This document shows, one piece after another, positions 1-13,980 of a stretch of DNA of 64,000 nt. The position numbers and the translations under genes were made by a program. The notes beneath the pieces are model-generated. The model worked only from the letters and a program-made list of their open reading frames with translations. It ran no database searches and was not told where the DNA came from. The stretch is from Eledone cirrhosa (Eukaryota). The stretch lies in NCBI GenBank assembly GCA_964016885.1, contig OZ024741.1, forward strand, positions 348,874,001 through 348,938,000, in the 5' to 3' direction. The stretch's first letter is position 1, and every line of letters begins with the position of its first letter.

Positions 1-140
1 TGACTATAATTGTTGTGGAGATGATGATGGTAATAATAATGATGATGATGATGAGGAGGCGGAGGGGGGGGAGGACATGAAAACCAACAAGAGCAATAAT
101 AACAACAATAACAATAATAATAATTATTATTTCTACTATA

Positions 141-335
141 GGCAGGGCGGTGGATTGGCAGTATCGGTAGAGTGTCGGACGCCATGCTTTCCAGCATAGT
201 TACGTCCCTTTACGATCTGAGTTCAAATCCCGCCGAGGTTGACTTTGCCTTTCATCCTTACGGGGTCGATAAAATAAAGTACCAGTAATTTACTGGGTAA
301 TTGCTGGCCTTGTGCCTAAAGTATTAACAATTATT
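141..335 (+). mobile_element. tRNA-derived SINE (octopus OK-like family)
   Basis: A-box-like TGGCAGTATCGGTAGA, B-box GAGTTCAAATCC, body GCCTTTCATCCTTACGGGGTCGATAAAATAAAGTACCAGT, tail ...AACAATTATT; many similar copies in the window. Confidence 0.8.
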
Positions 336-545
336 TCTACTATAGGCACAAGGCCAGCAATTTTGGGGGTGGGGAAAGTCGATTAAATCGACCCTAGTGC
401 GTGACTGGTACTTTATTTGATCGACCCCGTAAGGATGAAAGGCAAATTAACTTCGGCGGGATTTGAACTCAGATCATAAAGGGCCGCAACTCTATGCTGC
501 AAAGAATGGTGTACGACTCTTTACCGATACTGCCAATTCACCGCC
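335..545 (-). mobile_element. tRNA-derived SINE, same family, tail-to-tail with the 141-335 copy
   Basis: Reverse complement of the same head/body (GGATTTGAACTCAG; ACTGGTACTTTATTTGATCGACCCCGTAAGGATGAAAGGC). Confidence 0.8.
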
Positions 546-599
546 TAATAATGACAACAATAATAACAATGACTGAGACATGAATTTAAAAAAATAAAT

Positions 600-880
600 A
601 AAATAAAGACAATAGAGCCGAACCAGCTCTGCAAAGATGGGAAGCCATCTCTGCAAGAGATACAAAAATTCGTGCTGACTGGCACTCTCCATGTCCTGAG
701 ATGTGCATTATCGATTTAAATACCTTGCAAGCAAATTTACCGTTGTTTTTTCCCTTATGGCATCATTTGTATGAAAATTAGATTGTAAAATGATGCGTGT
801 ATAGCCAAATTTTGTTTCAGGTGTCAGATTAACACTCAGTATGTTATGAGAAAGATGCAGAATTCAAAGGAAGTTTCAAA
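600..880 (+). mobile_element. Degenerate 3' end of an R4/Dong-type non-LTR retrotransposon
   Basis: Translates to ..QEIQKFVLTGTLHVLRCALSI*, similar to the C-terminus of the 48239-48922 ORF (GEIQKIVLMGTAHILRKILSI). Confidence 0.55.
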
Positions 881-883
881 TAA

Positions 884-1468
884 TGGTTTCTTATACAGGC
901 ACAAGGCCAGCAATTTTGGAGGTGGGGACAGTGGATTTAATCGACCCCAGTGCGTGTCTGGTACTATATTATATCGACCCCATAAGGATAAAAGGTAAAT
1001 CTAACCTCGGTGGGATTGGAACTCAGAACCTAATGGGCCGTATATTGTCCGACGCTCTACCGAATACTGCCAAATAATGATTTCTAGTATAAACACAAGG
1101 TCAGTAATTTGGGGGTAGTGGAAAGTCGATTAAATCGTTACCGGTGCTTTATTTTATCGACCCCTTAAGGATGAAAAGCAAAGTTAATCCCGACGTGATT
1201 TAAATTCAGACCCTAAAGAACCGAAACTCTATGCCGCAATGCATGATGTCCGCTCTCCACCGATACTGCCAATCCACTGCCAAATAATAATTGTTTCTAC
1301 TTTTGGCACAAGGCCAGCAATTTCCCAGTGCATTACTGGTACTTTATTTTATTGACCCCGTAAGGATGAAAGGCAAAGTTAACCTCGGCTGGATTTGAAC
1401 TTAGAATTGCAAGGGCCGTAACTCTATGCGTCAAAGCATGGCGTCCGACCCTCTACCGATACTGCCAA
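884..1468 (-). mobile_element. Three tandem SINE copies (about 884-1073, 1078-1281, 1287-1468)
   Basis: Each has CACAAGG(C/T)CAG, AT(C/T)GACCCC-(G/A/T)TAAGGAT, a B-box on the minus strand, and ends near TACTGCCAA. Confidence 0.8.
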
Positions 1469-1997
1469 ATAATAATAATAAATGGATAGATATCTCAAAT
1501 GAAATCAAACGAAGATATTTTATTTTATTTATTCGCATTTTGCTGTTCCTCAGCCGGAATTTTTATTGGTACATATCAAACTGTCTCCTGGAGACTTACG
1601 TGTCTTGCATTTTTCGTATGGTTCTTTAGTCATAACAATACGAAATGTATTAGATGGCTGCTGTAGTCAGCCTGATAGCTATCGTGGCATGTTCCAGCAG
1701 AGTAACAATGAAATATAGAATAAAGAGTAGAAAATAATGACATCTTGTGTTTGAATAGTTTTGTGCTGTATATCCATAATGAAAAAAGTGCAGGATATCT
1801 TTCTGTAAGTTTCGATTCAAATGTAAAACTGTAAAAGAATTGGAGGTAAATACCACTTGTTTCTACACAAACACAACCATAACAAAATAAGACACAGCAA
1901 CACCATGAGATATTCAGACTTACTGGGAAATAATTTGGAACGGAGAAGACAAACACAACTAAAATACACAATATAGAAGAAGGCGGCGGAGCGGGGT

Positions 1998-2050
1998 AGA
2001 AGAAGAAGAAGAAGAAGAAGAAGAAGAAGAAGAAGAAGAAGAAGAAGAAG

Positions 2051-2080
<30 letters not shown>
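1998..2080. repeat. (GAA)n microsatellite
   Basis: Direct; source of spurious poly-F/poly-L ORFs. Confidence 0.95.
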
Positions 2081-2081
<1 letters not shown>

Positions 2082-2739
2082 TGATCATGTTGATGATAAC
2101 ACCACAAACATGGCCTACCATCACTAGCAAGGAAATCACTGACATGTTAAGAACGACTTACAAATGGAAAATAAAAAAAAAGTACAGACATGGTCCACAA
2201 CATTGGTTTGCATCACTTCATCTCTAAACATGGATACATAGCAACATAATTTAATGAGTTGCTACGCAGTGAATATTTAACACATGCATGGATGCCATTG
2301 GAAGGGAAACACTAATTCTCCAAAACAATAAACAACAGACACCTACAGAATGAATTCATTATAACATGCCTACTAGCAAGAGATAAATCTCTCACATAAA
2401 CAATGTACAACCGGCTGACTACACATCGGGAGAACTACAATGTGCAATTAGAAGAAGACAAAACGTGCCGGAAAGGGATTTATGGCTGTAAAGAAAGCTA
2501 CTGTAGAGTCGGACCATTAGGGGTGACAGTTAAAAGGAAAAAACCTCCCCAGATGGCTTGAATCGACAGCATTCTACAATCAGGGAAACTGGAGTCACTC
2601 AACATGAATAAAGCTGTCAGAATACTGTTGAATTACTAATATCTGGAATTCCCAGACGTCTACTGTGATAGATGTGGCATGATTATGCCTTAAAGTGTTC
2701 CTTGTGAGACGTTATATGCCGGGCGGCGGTTGTTGAAAT

Positions 2740-4948
2740 TGAGGTAGGCTAGTCTGTTATCCTCTAGAGTCGTGTGTAGGTGTCAAGCAGAAGTACGGAT
2801 TCTGGATCCGGTGTTTGCTTTTGGTAACTAATTCGAATTTTTTGTTGGTTAGTGGACCTTTTTCCAAATAACATGCAGTGTTTCGGCCAAGCAAATTACA
2901 GGGACTACCCCTCACTTGAACAGCTGTACCATGGTAATGATTTTCCAGTTAAGGTTGTAAAGGATTCCTTTATCGTGTAGACTCAAGATAAAACTGGAGA
3001 GGATTGTGGTATGCTTCTTGTTCTGATCTCGAAAGAAGTGGGTGTATTACGTAAAATCAGATTTAAAACTGTTCACCGTCATACCGATGTACGCCCTCTG
3101 TTGCCCATTTGCTGAGAGGTTGCACTTGTATACTACATTTGTATTGAGGCATTGGTCGTTCAGTGGGGCAATCAATTGTGTTGTGGCGATTACAATTTGT
3201 ACTGGGGCTGCCTTGTTATGTCCGTTTGTTCTGTGGATACTGAGCTGAAACCTGTTTGAGGCGGCTGTGCACTGGCCGATGTTGACATATGACAGTTTCA
3301 CTGTTTTTGTTAAATATCTTGTAGCGATGTCGTGGAAAACGCCATTACACTATGCCGAAGAACAGTCTGTAAAATGGTGCACCACGTTATTCTAAGCTTC
3401 CTGTTCCTTCGGCAGTTGGGTACCACCCATGGTCAGACAAACTCGTTCTCTTCCTGAAACCCGCTTCTGCGGAGGGTGACATTGTAGTAAGGTGAGTATT
3501 CCCGGAAAATCTGCTCGTTTGTAGATAACCGATATACATGAATGTTTACATTTTTTTGTATACTTGTTTTTCTACTAGAGCGTGAGTGGTTTGAAGTTCT
3601 TGTTGATGTATAAAAGAGTCCCATTAGACTTTCTGTGGGGCTAGTGTAGTCCATTTTCTAATTTCTAGGTGACGTGCAGAAAGTCAGCTGAACTCAGGTG
3701 GTTTTGGGATGTAATCCCGAATCCTAATTCCTTGAAGAACTCAATGATAACAATCCTTGTTTTGTCAAATAAATGGGGAGTTGAATTCTGCAGGTTGAGG
3801 AGAGCGTCATGGCGATGAATTCCTCCTCTAACGTGGGGAAAACGATCCTTTATTCTGGATATGATGTACAGGGTGGGCCAGAAATCATGACTCGCTTGTT
3901 AGTTATATTTCTTAACATGCTTATTTTATTGTTTACATTAAATGTGTACATTTGTGTTTTCACCGTATCATGTTCATGATCTTATGCTTGTATATGGTAT
4001 TATATTCCTTAACTTGTTTTATAACAATTTGTGTTAATAGATCTATAAATAATCAAGTGAGTAATGAATTCTGGCTCACCCTGCATAATCCATTAAGATA
4101 CGTAACTTCTGCTGAGCCGGTGGCTTCCATGTTAACATCGAAGGGGGTGTCGGTTAACCGCTTGGCCCAGAACGATCCATTAAATCTCAGAATGGTATGG
4201 CGGGCATGTAGAATAATTTCATACGTTGAGTTTTCGATTGTGGTAAAAGCCCAGGCAAAATCCCTGGCCTTTTGAAGTAGGGGAAAAATTATCTAATCAG
4301 TAGTTTTCGATGTCAAATTGGAGGAATTTGGTTTTCGTCTTGTTATTAATTCTTTGGGTCGAGTCAATTACTTCAGTCGTGTTGAAACAAAACTGAGTTG
4401 TGCACGTTCTTTGACTTTAGGTATAATTTGCTCCAAAAGTTGTTTGCTGATTCTTCCTATGTCTGGCTTGATGGGGTTGATTAACCGAATGGTTGGATTC
4501 CTATTAAAGTCCATCATATGGTTCTTCGGTGTGAAGAACTGTTCGTGTGGCTAGGAGAAATCAGTCCAATCTTGTATCTGGTGTTCAGAGGTAATGCATT
4601 GACCTGTCCTATAATTCTCGTTGATAGCTGGATCTAAGCTTTTTGTGGATAAAACAGTTATAAGTAGAGGGTCCCGGTTTTATCCAAACGTATGAGGATG
4701 TTGTTTGATTTATTTAGTTCATTGGGGAAGTGTCGGAGATAATTCTGGAACTCAGCTGTACTTCTCAGAAACATAATACATTTAATCACAATTAATAGTT
4801 CGGACTCAAATCTGGTGCGCAGTGGGTTAGTTGGTGGGGGTCGACGTAGATTTCAATCCGTAAGACTCCTTGTGGACTGATTCCTGTTATTGTTGTTTGT
4901 CAAAAACAGCACACCATCTCAGTATCTTCATGTAAATATCTGTCTTCT

Positions 4949-5025
<77 letters not shown>

Positions 5026-5110
5026 CGGATGCAAACCTCCCTGTTTGGTATGGGAAATGTTTTTGTAGAAATTTGAAGTTTCTCTTTTGCATGTTCCTGG
5101 TAAATAAATG
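2740..5110 (-). pseudogene. Decayed Naiad-type Penelope-like element ORF (RT + GIY-YIG)
   Basis: Minus-strand fragments: ISTKTFPIP (N-terminal motif), NPTIRLINPIKPDIGRISKQLLE, PFDVNMEATGSAEVT, YSPYYNVTLRRSGF, PLNDQCLNTNVVYKC..RAYIGMTVNSFK; all match the 58410-60490 element; many stops and frameshifts; (TAG)n expansion at 4949-5024. Confidence 0.85.
3869..4083. mobile_element. Tc1/mariner-type MITE nested in the PLE RT
   Basis: TIRs CAGGGTGGGCCAGAA / TTCTGGCTCACCCTG, flanked by TA and CA (mutated TA TSD); removing it restores the RT segment GL-Y-II. Confidence 0.7.
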
Positions 5111-5169
5111 CAAAGGTGAACACAGGTTAGGTGGATAAGGGTCCGGAAAAGTGGTCAATTTCAAGGACG

Positions 5170-5975
5170 GTAGTATATTGACTGTCTGCACCACTGGGAC
5201 CAGGATGACCAGAAATCAAAGATTTTTAGATCTGTGTATATGTGTGTGTGACTTACGAATGAGTATCCTTCCCCTACAACTATCTTACCCTTCCCTCTCT
5301 CCCATTGACTGTCAACACTTGGCCAATATCTGAACCTAATTTATACATACACCTGACATTGCTATTTTTCTATATTTTCCTTTTTCTTTCCTCCCATCCC
5401 TTTTCCAGCTGTTTACTTCCTCTTCAGCATCTCTTTCCTTCTACCCCATGCATACTCGCAAGTTTGACACGCGATATATGTTTGTATGTGGGTGATAAAC
5501 AACTTGATCCCTTCCTCCCTCTCCCCCATTTTATATGAAGTTATAGCCACTGACGGAACATCTACCCACGCCAACAATAGCTGTGTGACCTGCCTTTTTG
5601 ACCTTACCTTACACTTACCCTCATCAGTATCTCTTGTCATTTTAGTCTTTTTATCTTTTGCCTTTGGCGTTTTTTTCTTCTTTTTTCTCCTCTTCTTTCT
5701 TGTCCACTATCTCCGCTCTCCGGTTGCGTCCCTTTCTTTCTAATTCCTCTTTCCATCCTACTCTCCATCTCCTTTCCCTCCTCTTACACCCGAGCTCTAA
5801 TTTCCCGTAAATTTAAGAAATTTTCCCGACGAAGAATAAAAGAAGTAACAAGCCGAAAGCACCGAGCTCACGGTAGATACTCTATCATTACTGATATCAC
5901 CACTCTGCATCTAACCATATATTAAGTACTTCTTTGATTTGTAGTCATCCCGGACCCAGTACCGCAGCCTATTAA
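5170..5975 (+). repeat. Inverted pseudo-LTR of the 2740-5110 PLE
   Basis: ACTGGGACCAGGATGACCAGAAATCAAAGA (~5192-5222) is an imperfect inverted copy of TCTTTGATTTGTAGTCATCCCGGACCCAGT (~5931-5960); ends in a short TA run. Confidence 0.55.
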
Positions 5976-6036
5976 TATATATATATATTAGTTATGAGTT
6001 TCAGATGATTACGCTTACACTTTTAATCTTTACTAA

Positions 6037-6155
6037 TAATTGTTTCGACATTTGGCACAAGGCCAGCAAGTACCCAGTATATTACTGGTACTTTGTTTTA
6101 TCGACCCCATAAGGATGAAAGGCAAAGTTAACCTCGGGGGGATTTGAACTCAGAA
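6037..6155 (-). mobile_element. 5'-truncated SINE (OK-like)
   Basis: GGCACAAGGCCAGCAA..ATCGACCCCATAAGGATGAAAGGC..GGATTTGAACTCAGA. Confidence 0.75.
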
Positions 6156-6188
6156 TGACAAAATAAATGTTTGCTCTGCAGGTTTATA

Positions 6189-6436
<248 letters not shown>

Positions 6437-6496
6437 CATATATATATATAGGACTCTTTAATATCTACAACTTCGCATGTTACTCTTTCTCACACG

Positions 6497-6595
<99 letters not shown>

Positions 6596-7339
6596 AAAGC
6601 GAGAAAGAGAGAGAGAGATATGCAAATATACAAAATAGATGTGTTTTATATTTATTTGTCTTGGTTTTTATCCATGATATATATATATGTGTGTATGTGC
6701 CTGTGTGTGTTCGCCTGTATGGGAGTGCATATATGTGTGTGTAATCGTATGTGTGCGTGGATGTGTATGAACTTTCAATCGAAATGGAGTCTTTAGGGGC
6801 AGGTATTTCTCTCTATCGAAGCGAGATTCCTAGAAAAATTATGCATTTGACTCGTCACATCAATATTTATCGTTAAATTCTTTTATGGAAGTTCCACGGA
6901 ATACTCGTATCGACACCGCATATAGTAAACTAAATAATGCATAATCTGAGAACATAAACGCTTCCAATTTACTAAGCAATATTTATAGATTTCCTAAGGG
7001 TGTTGTAAAATTATAATACTTTTATTTTACATTACAATTACGCGATAATTTGATATTGCTATTGCTTATATACGGGGGACTAACTGATTCGCTTTGCTCT
7101 GTTTTTCTTTTGATGTTATCACTTTGCTTATATGATTCATTGCTTGCAATAATGCAACAAAACTTGAGCTAATATATTGTACATGCATACACACACACAC
7201 ATACACACACTCACACATACGCACGCACACACACACATATATGTGTGTATGTGTATATATATATATATAGAGACATATATATATATATAGGGAGACACAA
7301 AGCAGGCTTCGTTTAGAAACAAGTAGCGAATTTGAAAAG

Positions 7340-7480
7340 TAGGTAGTAACATGTGCTTACGTTGTATTTGACTAAATGAAATCAATACTCATCCTTTTTT
7401 CTATTCAGGTTAATTAAAAATCCCAACTAACATACTAATTATATTTAGTCAAATACGGCGTAAGCACATGTTACTACCTA
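7340..7480. repeat. Short fold-back element (38-bp arms) next to TA repeats
   Basis: TAGGTAGTAACATGTGCTTACGTTGTATTTGACTAAAT vs ATTTAGTCAAATACGGCGTAAGCACATGTTACTACCTA. Confidence 0.75.
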
Positions 7481-7486
7481 ATTATA

Positions 7487-7518
<32 letters not shown>

Positions 7519-7731
7519 CAAGTGGAAGCTTAGTAAAATCGAAGCTTTGACTGTGGCCAAGCAAAGCCGACCTACAATAAGGAATGAGTAGCAAAGCATT
7601 CAATAAGGGTAGGTCCATTTCGTTTAAAAACTTGACAAATTAAAAATTGTGGTAGGCAAAACCCAACCATACATTACCAAAAACAACGAAAGAACTAATC
7701 ACAACGATTATTATTACTATATATATATATA

Positions 7732-7770
<39 letters not shown>

Positions 7771-7879
7771 GTTATATTTGATTTGTTGGGATTCAACAAG
7801 CTTAAAAAATGTTATAATTGATATAAAGCACTCAACAATGAGTGGAGTAAATATACAATATATTAATAAATGGAATAAT

Positions 7880-7945
7880 TATTTTATTATATATATTTCA
7901 AGGGCGACCGAGGTAAATTATGGTGCGCTTTCATCAGATAAAATA
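7880..7945 (-). ncRNA. Minimal type I hammerhead ribozyme
   Basis: TATTTTAT-CTGATGA-AAGCGCACC..GGTCGCCCTT-GAAA-TATATA-TA/ATAAAATA: 8-bp perfect stem I, intact core, palindromic stem III, AUA site; lies in an element (7765-8018) homologous to 11726-12066. Confidence 0.8.
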
Positions 7946-8019
7946 CAGATTTGTTTTATAAGTAAATATTGACATACCCGGAAAAAAGACAACCTCAACG
8001 GTTGAAATTCGCTGGATAG

Positions 8020-8052
<33 letters not shown>

Positions 8053-8053
8053 G

Positions 8054-8137
<84 letters not shown>

Positions 8138-8148
8138 CATATATATAT

Positions 8149-8242
<94 letters not shown>

Positions 8243-8738
8243 ATATAATTAGGTAGTAATATATGCTGATAATGCCCAATTGTTGCATATGGATCAGCGA
8301 AACTGCGTAGTCGGGACTTTGATGAAAAAATAGGTTATAATTTTGTCTATTAGTTCCTCTTCCTCTTATTTTGTAATTTGATATATATTTGAGTGTGGGG
8401 GGGCGTGTGTGTGTGCGTGTGGGTGTGTGTTTGTGTTAGTGTGGGTGTATTTGTATATTTACGAACATTTTACATATTGGAAGCAAAACTCTTTCTCTGT
8501 ATGATCTAATGTCTATGAATCAGGTATAAATCTATATATCGACATATGCATGTGTAGGGATGTAAAAACATGTGTGTGTCCATACCTATTTGGTTTCATG
8601 TAGGAGGGGTTTTAGAAAATAACTTGTGTAATTCTTTAAATTTCTGTAATTGATTTAAAATCCCCTCAATCAAAAAACATAGTGCATTTGTAGTATTAGC
8701 AAGTCAAATTAACTTATTGCTATATAATATATATATGT

Positions 8739-8801
<63 letters not shown>

Positions 8802-8959
8802 ATACTTTGGGAGGGTCATGTTGCCAATAAGAAACACACGCACCAGTTGCTTTCACTTCAATTTATTATATATTTATAAATTTATAAATTTACAAATCTA
8901 CAAACTTATAAATTTCTGGTTGGTTGGTTGGTTCCACAACCAGATAGTTGTTTAAATAT

Positions 8960-9004
8960 AGTTATAGTCCTTTCGTCACACACTCTGTGACCTCTTCAGT
9001 GACT
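8960..9004 (-). ncRNA. Degenerate hammerhead motif in the 3' region of a PLE
   Basis: AGTCA-CTGAAGA-GGTCACAGAGTGTGTGAC-GAAA-GGAC-TA/TAACT; one mismatch in stem I. Confidence 0.45.
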
Positions 9005-9199
9005 GGGGATTCCTTTCTTTATTTCTGTGCCTTTCCTTTCTTCTGTCCTACGCCATTTTGTTTCTGTGTGTGTTTTGTGTGTGCAGTTTGCGCATGCGCC
9101 ACATCCGGGAGTCTGTGTATGTTTGTGTTCATTTATCTATTTGTTTATTTATTTACATGTTGTTGGTTGGTTGATTGTTCTATGTGTGTGTGTGTTTTC

Positions 9200-10115
9200 A
9201 TTTTGTCCTTAATTGTAAGTTGTGATGTTGCTGTTCTACTCATATTTTCTATTTAATTTTGGTTGTAATTCTTTTATGCTTACTGCCTCTGTAATTTGCC
9301 TAAACATTGCATCTTTTCTGTGTGGATTCTATTTTTATTTCTATGTTCTCTAATTTACCCTTGTGTTCTATCTTAGCATGTTGGTAGAGTACAGATGATT
9401 CTTTATTATCTTGAAGGTCTCGCCAGTGTTCATTTATCCGTTCCCCTATACTACGAGCTGTCTCACCTATGTACACTATATTTTTGCTTCTACATTGTCC
9501 TTCAGTACATCTCATGCTATACACTACATTTCTAGTTTTACAGTTAATATGGGGGCTTATTTTACAGGTTATACATTTCTTATCTATACATGAGGGTCTT
9601 TGGAACGGGTATGTCTTGCTAATAAGTGTTTTTATGGAGGTACCTGGTCTTTCTACTATCTTAATATTGAGTTTATGTTTATTTAGGGCCCTTCTAAATT
9701 TGTAGGCTAGTTCGCCTCTAGGGGTTGTATTGATGAACATTACACTCTGGTATTTATTGCTATCATACCATGAGTTTGTTCTATTGGCCTTGTTCCTAGT
9801 TCTTTCTATTCTATTCCAAAATTTGCTCCTATACAAGGGGCAGGTCCCGTTTATGTCATATTTACCATTTTTTCCCATTTGGTTCTGGCTCCTCTATACA
9901 CTCTGATTCTATCTCTCTGATTGTAGCCAGAGAACTGCATACGGTGGATGAAGTGTTGTATGTGTCTCTCTAGTTCTTCGGGGTTGCACATGCGGGACAC
10001 ATTTCTCATCACCCGTACCAAATCCGCAATCAGTATGTTGATTTTGGTATGGTCCGAAATGGCCGAGTTTCGGTGGATCAGATGTTTGGAAGTCATGGGT
10101 TTGGCATAATGGGAA
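9200..10115 (-). pseudogene. 5'-truncated Penelope-like element (RT thumb, Cys-rich linker, GIY-YIG; Nematis/Neptune-like)
   Basis: ORFs 9851-10096 (HFIHRMQFSGY) and 9300-9878 (FINTTPRGELA, IVERPG, CxxxxCxxC, NVVYSMRC..VYIGETARSIGERINEH) joined by a frameshift; 3' region runs to (TA)n near 8795. Confidence 0.85.
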
Positions 10116-10224
10116 TTATGCCAAACCCATTACATTATGAAGAGCTCAATGTAATCCAAATATCATGAAAAGAGAGGATGCATTCAAAAATTTTCGATAA
10201 AAATCATAGGAAAGCAGAGTCAAG

Positions 10225-10366
10225 ATAAATTAATAAAAACAATGAAATAAAAACAAAGAACAAGTTCCTTATATTTAAAAATTCCTCGGAAAAGATCGTA
10301 AAATGATGAATTTTTAATATAAGGAACTTGTTCTTCGTTTTTATTTCATTATTTTTATTAATTTAT
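10225..10366. repeat. Fold-back mini-element; same family as 31518-31600
   Basis: ~55-bp inverted arms; shares GATCGTAAAATGATGAAT..TAATATAAGGAACTTGTTCTT with 31527-31570, where GAAA-CGATCG-TA (3' half of an HHR) is intact. Confidence 0.7.
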
Positions 10367-10533
10367 ATATATATATTTATGAAAATGTGTGAAATCTTTG
10401 GTACTGTTAGGTATATTTGAAAAAAGGAAAAGAATGGCTTCAATTTTATATTATAATTTTGCTTGTAAAATTATATTATAAAATTAAATCAAATTGTTTA
10501 GAACTACAAGCGAAGTCATTCTTTTCCTTTCTT

Positions 10534-11297
<764 letters not shown>

Positions 11298-11391
11298 ATA
11301 TATATATATATATATATATAAATATAATAAATATATATATATATATATATACATAAATATAATAAATATATATATATGGGGATGGGGTAAA

Positions 11392-11690
11392 GGCACATGG
11401 CTTTGGTTTCGAGTGTTGGGCTTGGAACTGAGAGGTTGTGAGTTCGATTCTCGGACCGGGTGATGCGTTGTATCCTTGAACAAGACACTTTATTTCACGT
11501 TGCTCCAGTTTACTCAGCTGTAAAAATGAGTTGCGACGACACTGGTGCCAATTTGTATCTCTATTGCCTTTCCCTTGAACCACATCGTTGGCGTGGAGAG
11601 GGGAGGCTGGCATGCATGGATGACTGCTGGTCTTCCACAAACAAATCTTGCCCAGGCTTTGCCTTGGAGGGAAACTTTCTAAGTGCAAAA
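11392..11690 (+). mobile_element. tRNA-derived SINE, second family (V/Meta-like central motif)
   Basis: B-box GAGTTCGATTC followed by TTGTATCCTTGAACAAGACACTT..GTTGCTCCAGT; related copy at 33130-33325 (-). Confidence 0.7.
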
Positions 11691-11725
11691 CAATGGTAAA
11701 ACCGTAAAGAATAAGGAACCATATA

Positions 11726-12066
11726 TGTAGAGGTTATATTTAATTTGTTGGGATTCAACAAGCAAAATATTTTTATAACTGATATAAAGCACTCAACAAA
11801 TTATTGGAGTAAATATACAATATATTAACAAATGGAAACTATATTTATAAAACCATATTTATTTGATTATACATATTTCAAGGGCCCCCAAGGCAAACTA
11901 TGGTGCGCATTCATCAGGGTATGTCAATATTTATTTATAAAACTAACCTATATTATATTTTATCTGATGAAAGCGCACCATAGTTTGGCTTGGTGGCCCT
12001 TGAAATATGTATAATGAAATAAATATGGTTTTATAAATATAGTTTCCATTTGTTAATATATTGTAT
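11726..12066. mobile_element. Fold-back HHR element (arms ~11810-11917 / 11964-12066)
   Basis: Homologous to 7765-7980; inverted arms; ends in (TA)n. Confidence 0.8.
11956..12021 (+). ncRNA. Minimal type I hammerhead ribozyme
   Basis: TATTTTAT-CTGATGA-AAGCGCACCA..TGGTGGCCCTT-GAAA-TATGTA-TA/ATGAAATA. Confidence 0.8.
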
Positions 12067-12179
<113 letters not shown>

Positions 12180-12237
12180 ATCCCGAGTTCAAGACTATGT
12201 AATCACAGTAAGTAAGGTACTTAATATGTAGCAGAGT

Positions 12238-12341
12238 ATAAATATAGAAAGGGCTTCTACAGGACTAGAACTGTTTCATTCGGGAGAAATCATCTGCCCC
12301 AATGAAACAGTACTAGTCCCGTAGAAGCCATTTATATTTAT
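12238..12341. repeat. Small fold-back carrying the 3' half of an HHR-like motif
   Basis: GGCTTCTACAGGACTAGAACTGTTTCATT / AATGAAACAGTACTAGTCCCGTAGAAGCC; GAAA-C-AGTACT-A-GTC. Confidence 0.55.
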
Positions 12342-13566
12342 ATATATATATATAAACAATGAGTTAAAGACTTAATTTATATGTAATCAACTGACTTATA
12401 TGTATATTAGATTAATCCTACAGCTTGTTATTCTGTGTATTTCTGCTCATAGTAAAATCAGACACATGCGTATTTAGCCCTCTGGAGATCTCACATATCT
12501 TGTAAGATTTGCATGTCTCTTCTTGAACTCCTTTATTATTTCATAAATTTTCACCGTTTATAATATTGAAACACATCTCTTTCAATGGAATTTAAACAAG
12601 ACCAATTAGGTAAATATGTATGTATGTTTGTTTGAGTATGTGTGCGTGCAGGTATGGGTGATATTGCATGTGTGGGTCTGTATGTTTTTAGCTATATAAT
12701 TACAGGTGCGTATATTTTCGTATATATAGGTGTACATGCAGTTATTACATGCTGAATTCTCGAACTATTGTTTTCAGAATATCACATTTCCATTAATGGA
12801 CAGTACTTTCTACTGCCTAACTAGCCGTGTCTATTCTGGTTCTCTGAAGAACAACTTCTCAAGATTTGTACTGAGGCAAATAGTAACAAATCCCAGAATC
12901 CTAATGAATACAGATACAAATGTAAAGGCATACCCAAGCATAACTATGTTCATATTTTCCTTTCTTTTAATCATTAAGACTTTATTAACAAACTGAATTT
13001 AGCTAATTTCCACTACTTTGAATGACTTCCTTTCTCTGTTCCATATCACTATGTCTACTCTGTTATGTTTCCATTTTATTGGGTTTTGAGGGGAACAGTA
13101 GTATTTCTTATTATGGCTACGTACGCCCTCCGCGGCACTATAAACGTTTTATATTTTTATCCTCGGGACTGTCGGGACTGTCCTTTACACATCCTGGTGC
13201 TTATGTAGATATTGTCGTGCAGACTACTTTGAACATCTACTTATGATGTTGGTCACATCCTCAGTGTTTATTCCACAGAATCTGCAGCTGTTTTCGTATC
13301 TACGTGATACACCTGCATTTCTAACTCTTTGATGTTGTGTCATTTCTTCTTGGATTGCAATTGCATATCCTTCAAGGTGAGAGCTGTGATACTGGTTGAT
13401 GCTCCAAGATATACTACTTAGATTATCTATATTATTCTCACTTTGAAGCTTTCAAGCACTAAAGCTGTTCATCAACTCATTTGATGCCGCATTACTCTGC
13501 AATATACACGTTTGAATGATCCGTTTATACACACGTATACATACACACCCACATTAATACACACAC

Positions 13567-13654
<88 letters not shown>

Positions 13655-13807
13655 GTATATGTGTGTTTGTGTGCAAAAAGCTAACAGAAATAACAAACTA
13701 AACGAAACAGTGCAATGAAGAAATAAATACGTTTACGCTTGGAATAACAGGAAAAGCGGCTTAATGTTTCAGACACTACTCCTTCATCAAAATATAGAAT
13801 TATAAAT

Positions 13808-13980
13808 ATAATTGTTTCTACTTTAGGCACAGGGCCAGCAAACTACCCAGTGCATTACTGGTACTTTATTTTATCGACCCCGTAAGGATGAAAGGCAAAG
13901 TCAACCTCGGCTGGATTTGAACTCAGATTGTAAAGGGACGTAACTATGCTGGAAAGCATGGCGTCCGACCCTCTACCGAC
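13808..13980 (-). mobile_element. tRNA-derived SINE (OK-like)
   Basis: Close match to 1287-1460. Confidence 0.8.

Noticed and set aside
5815-5885. Possible hammerhead in the inverted pLTR of the first PLE (CCGACGA..GAAA-GCACCG-AGCTCA-CGGT)
   Set aside because: Stem III resembles the 62499 motif, but stems I and II and the cleavage triplet do not fit; at best a relic
13740-13797. TTGATGA..GAAA motif on the minus strand
   Set aside because: No stem I and no NUH site
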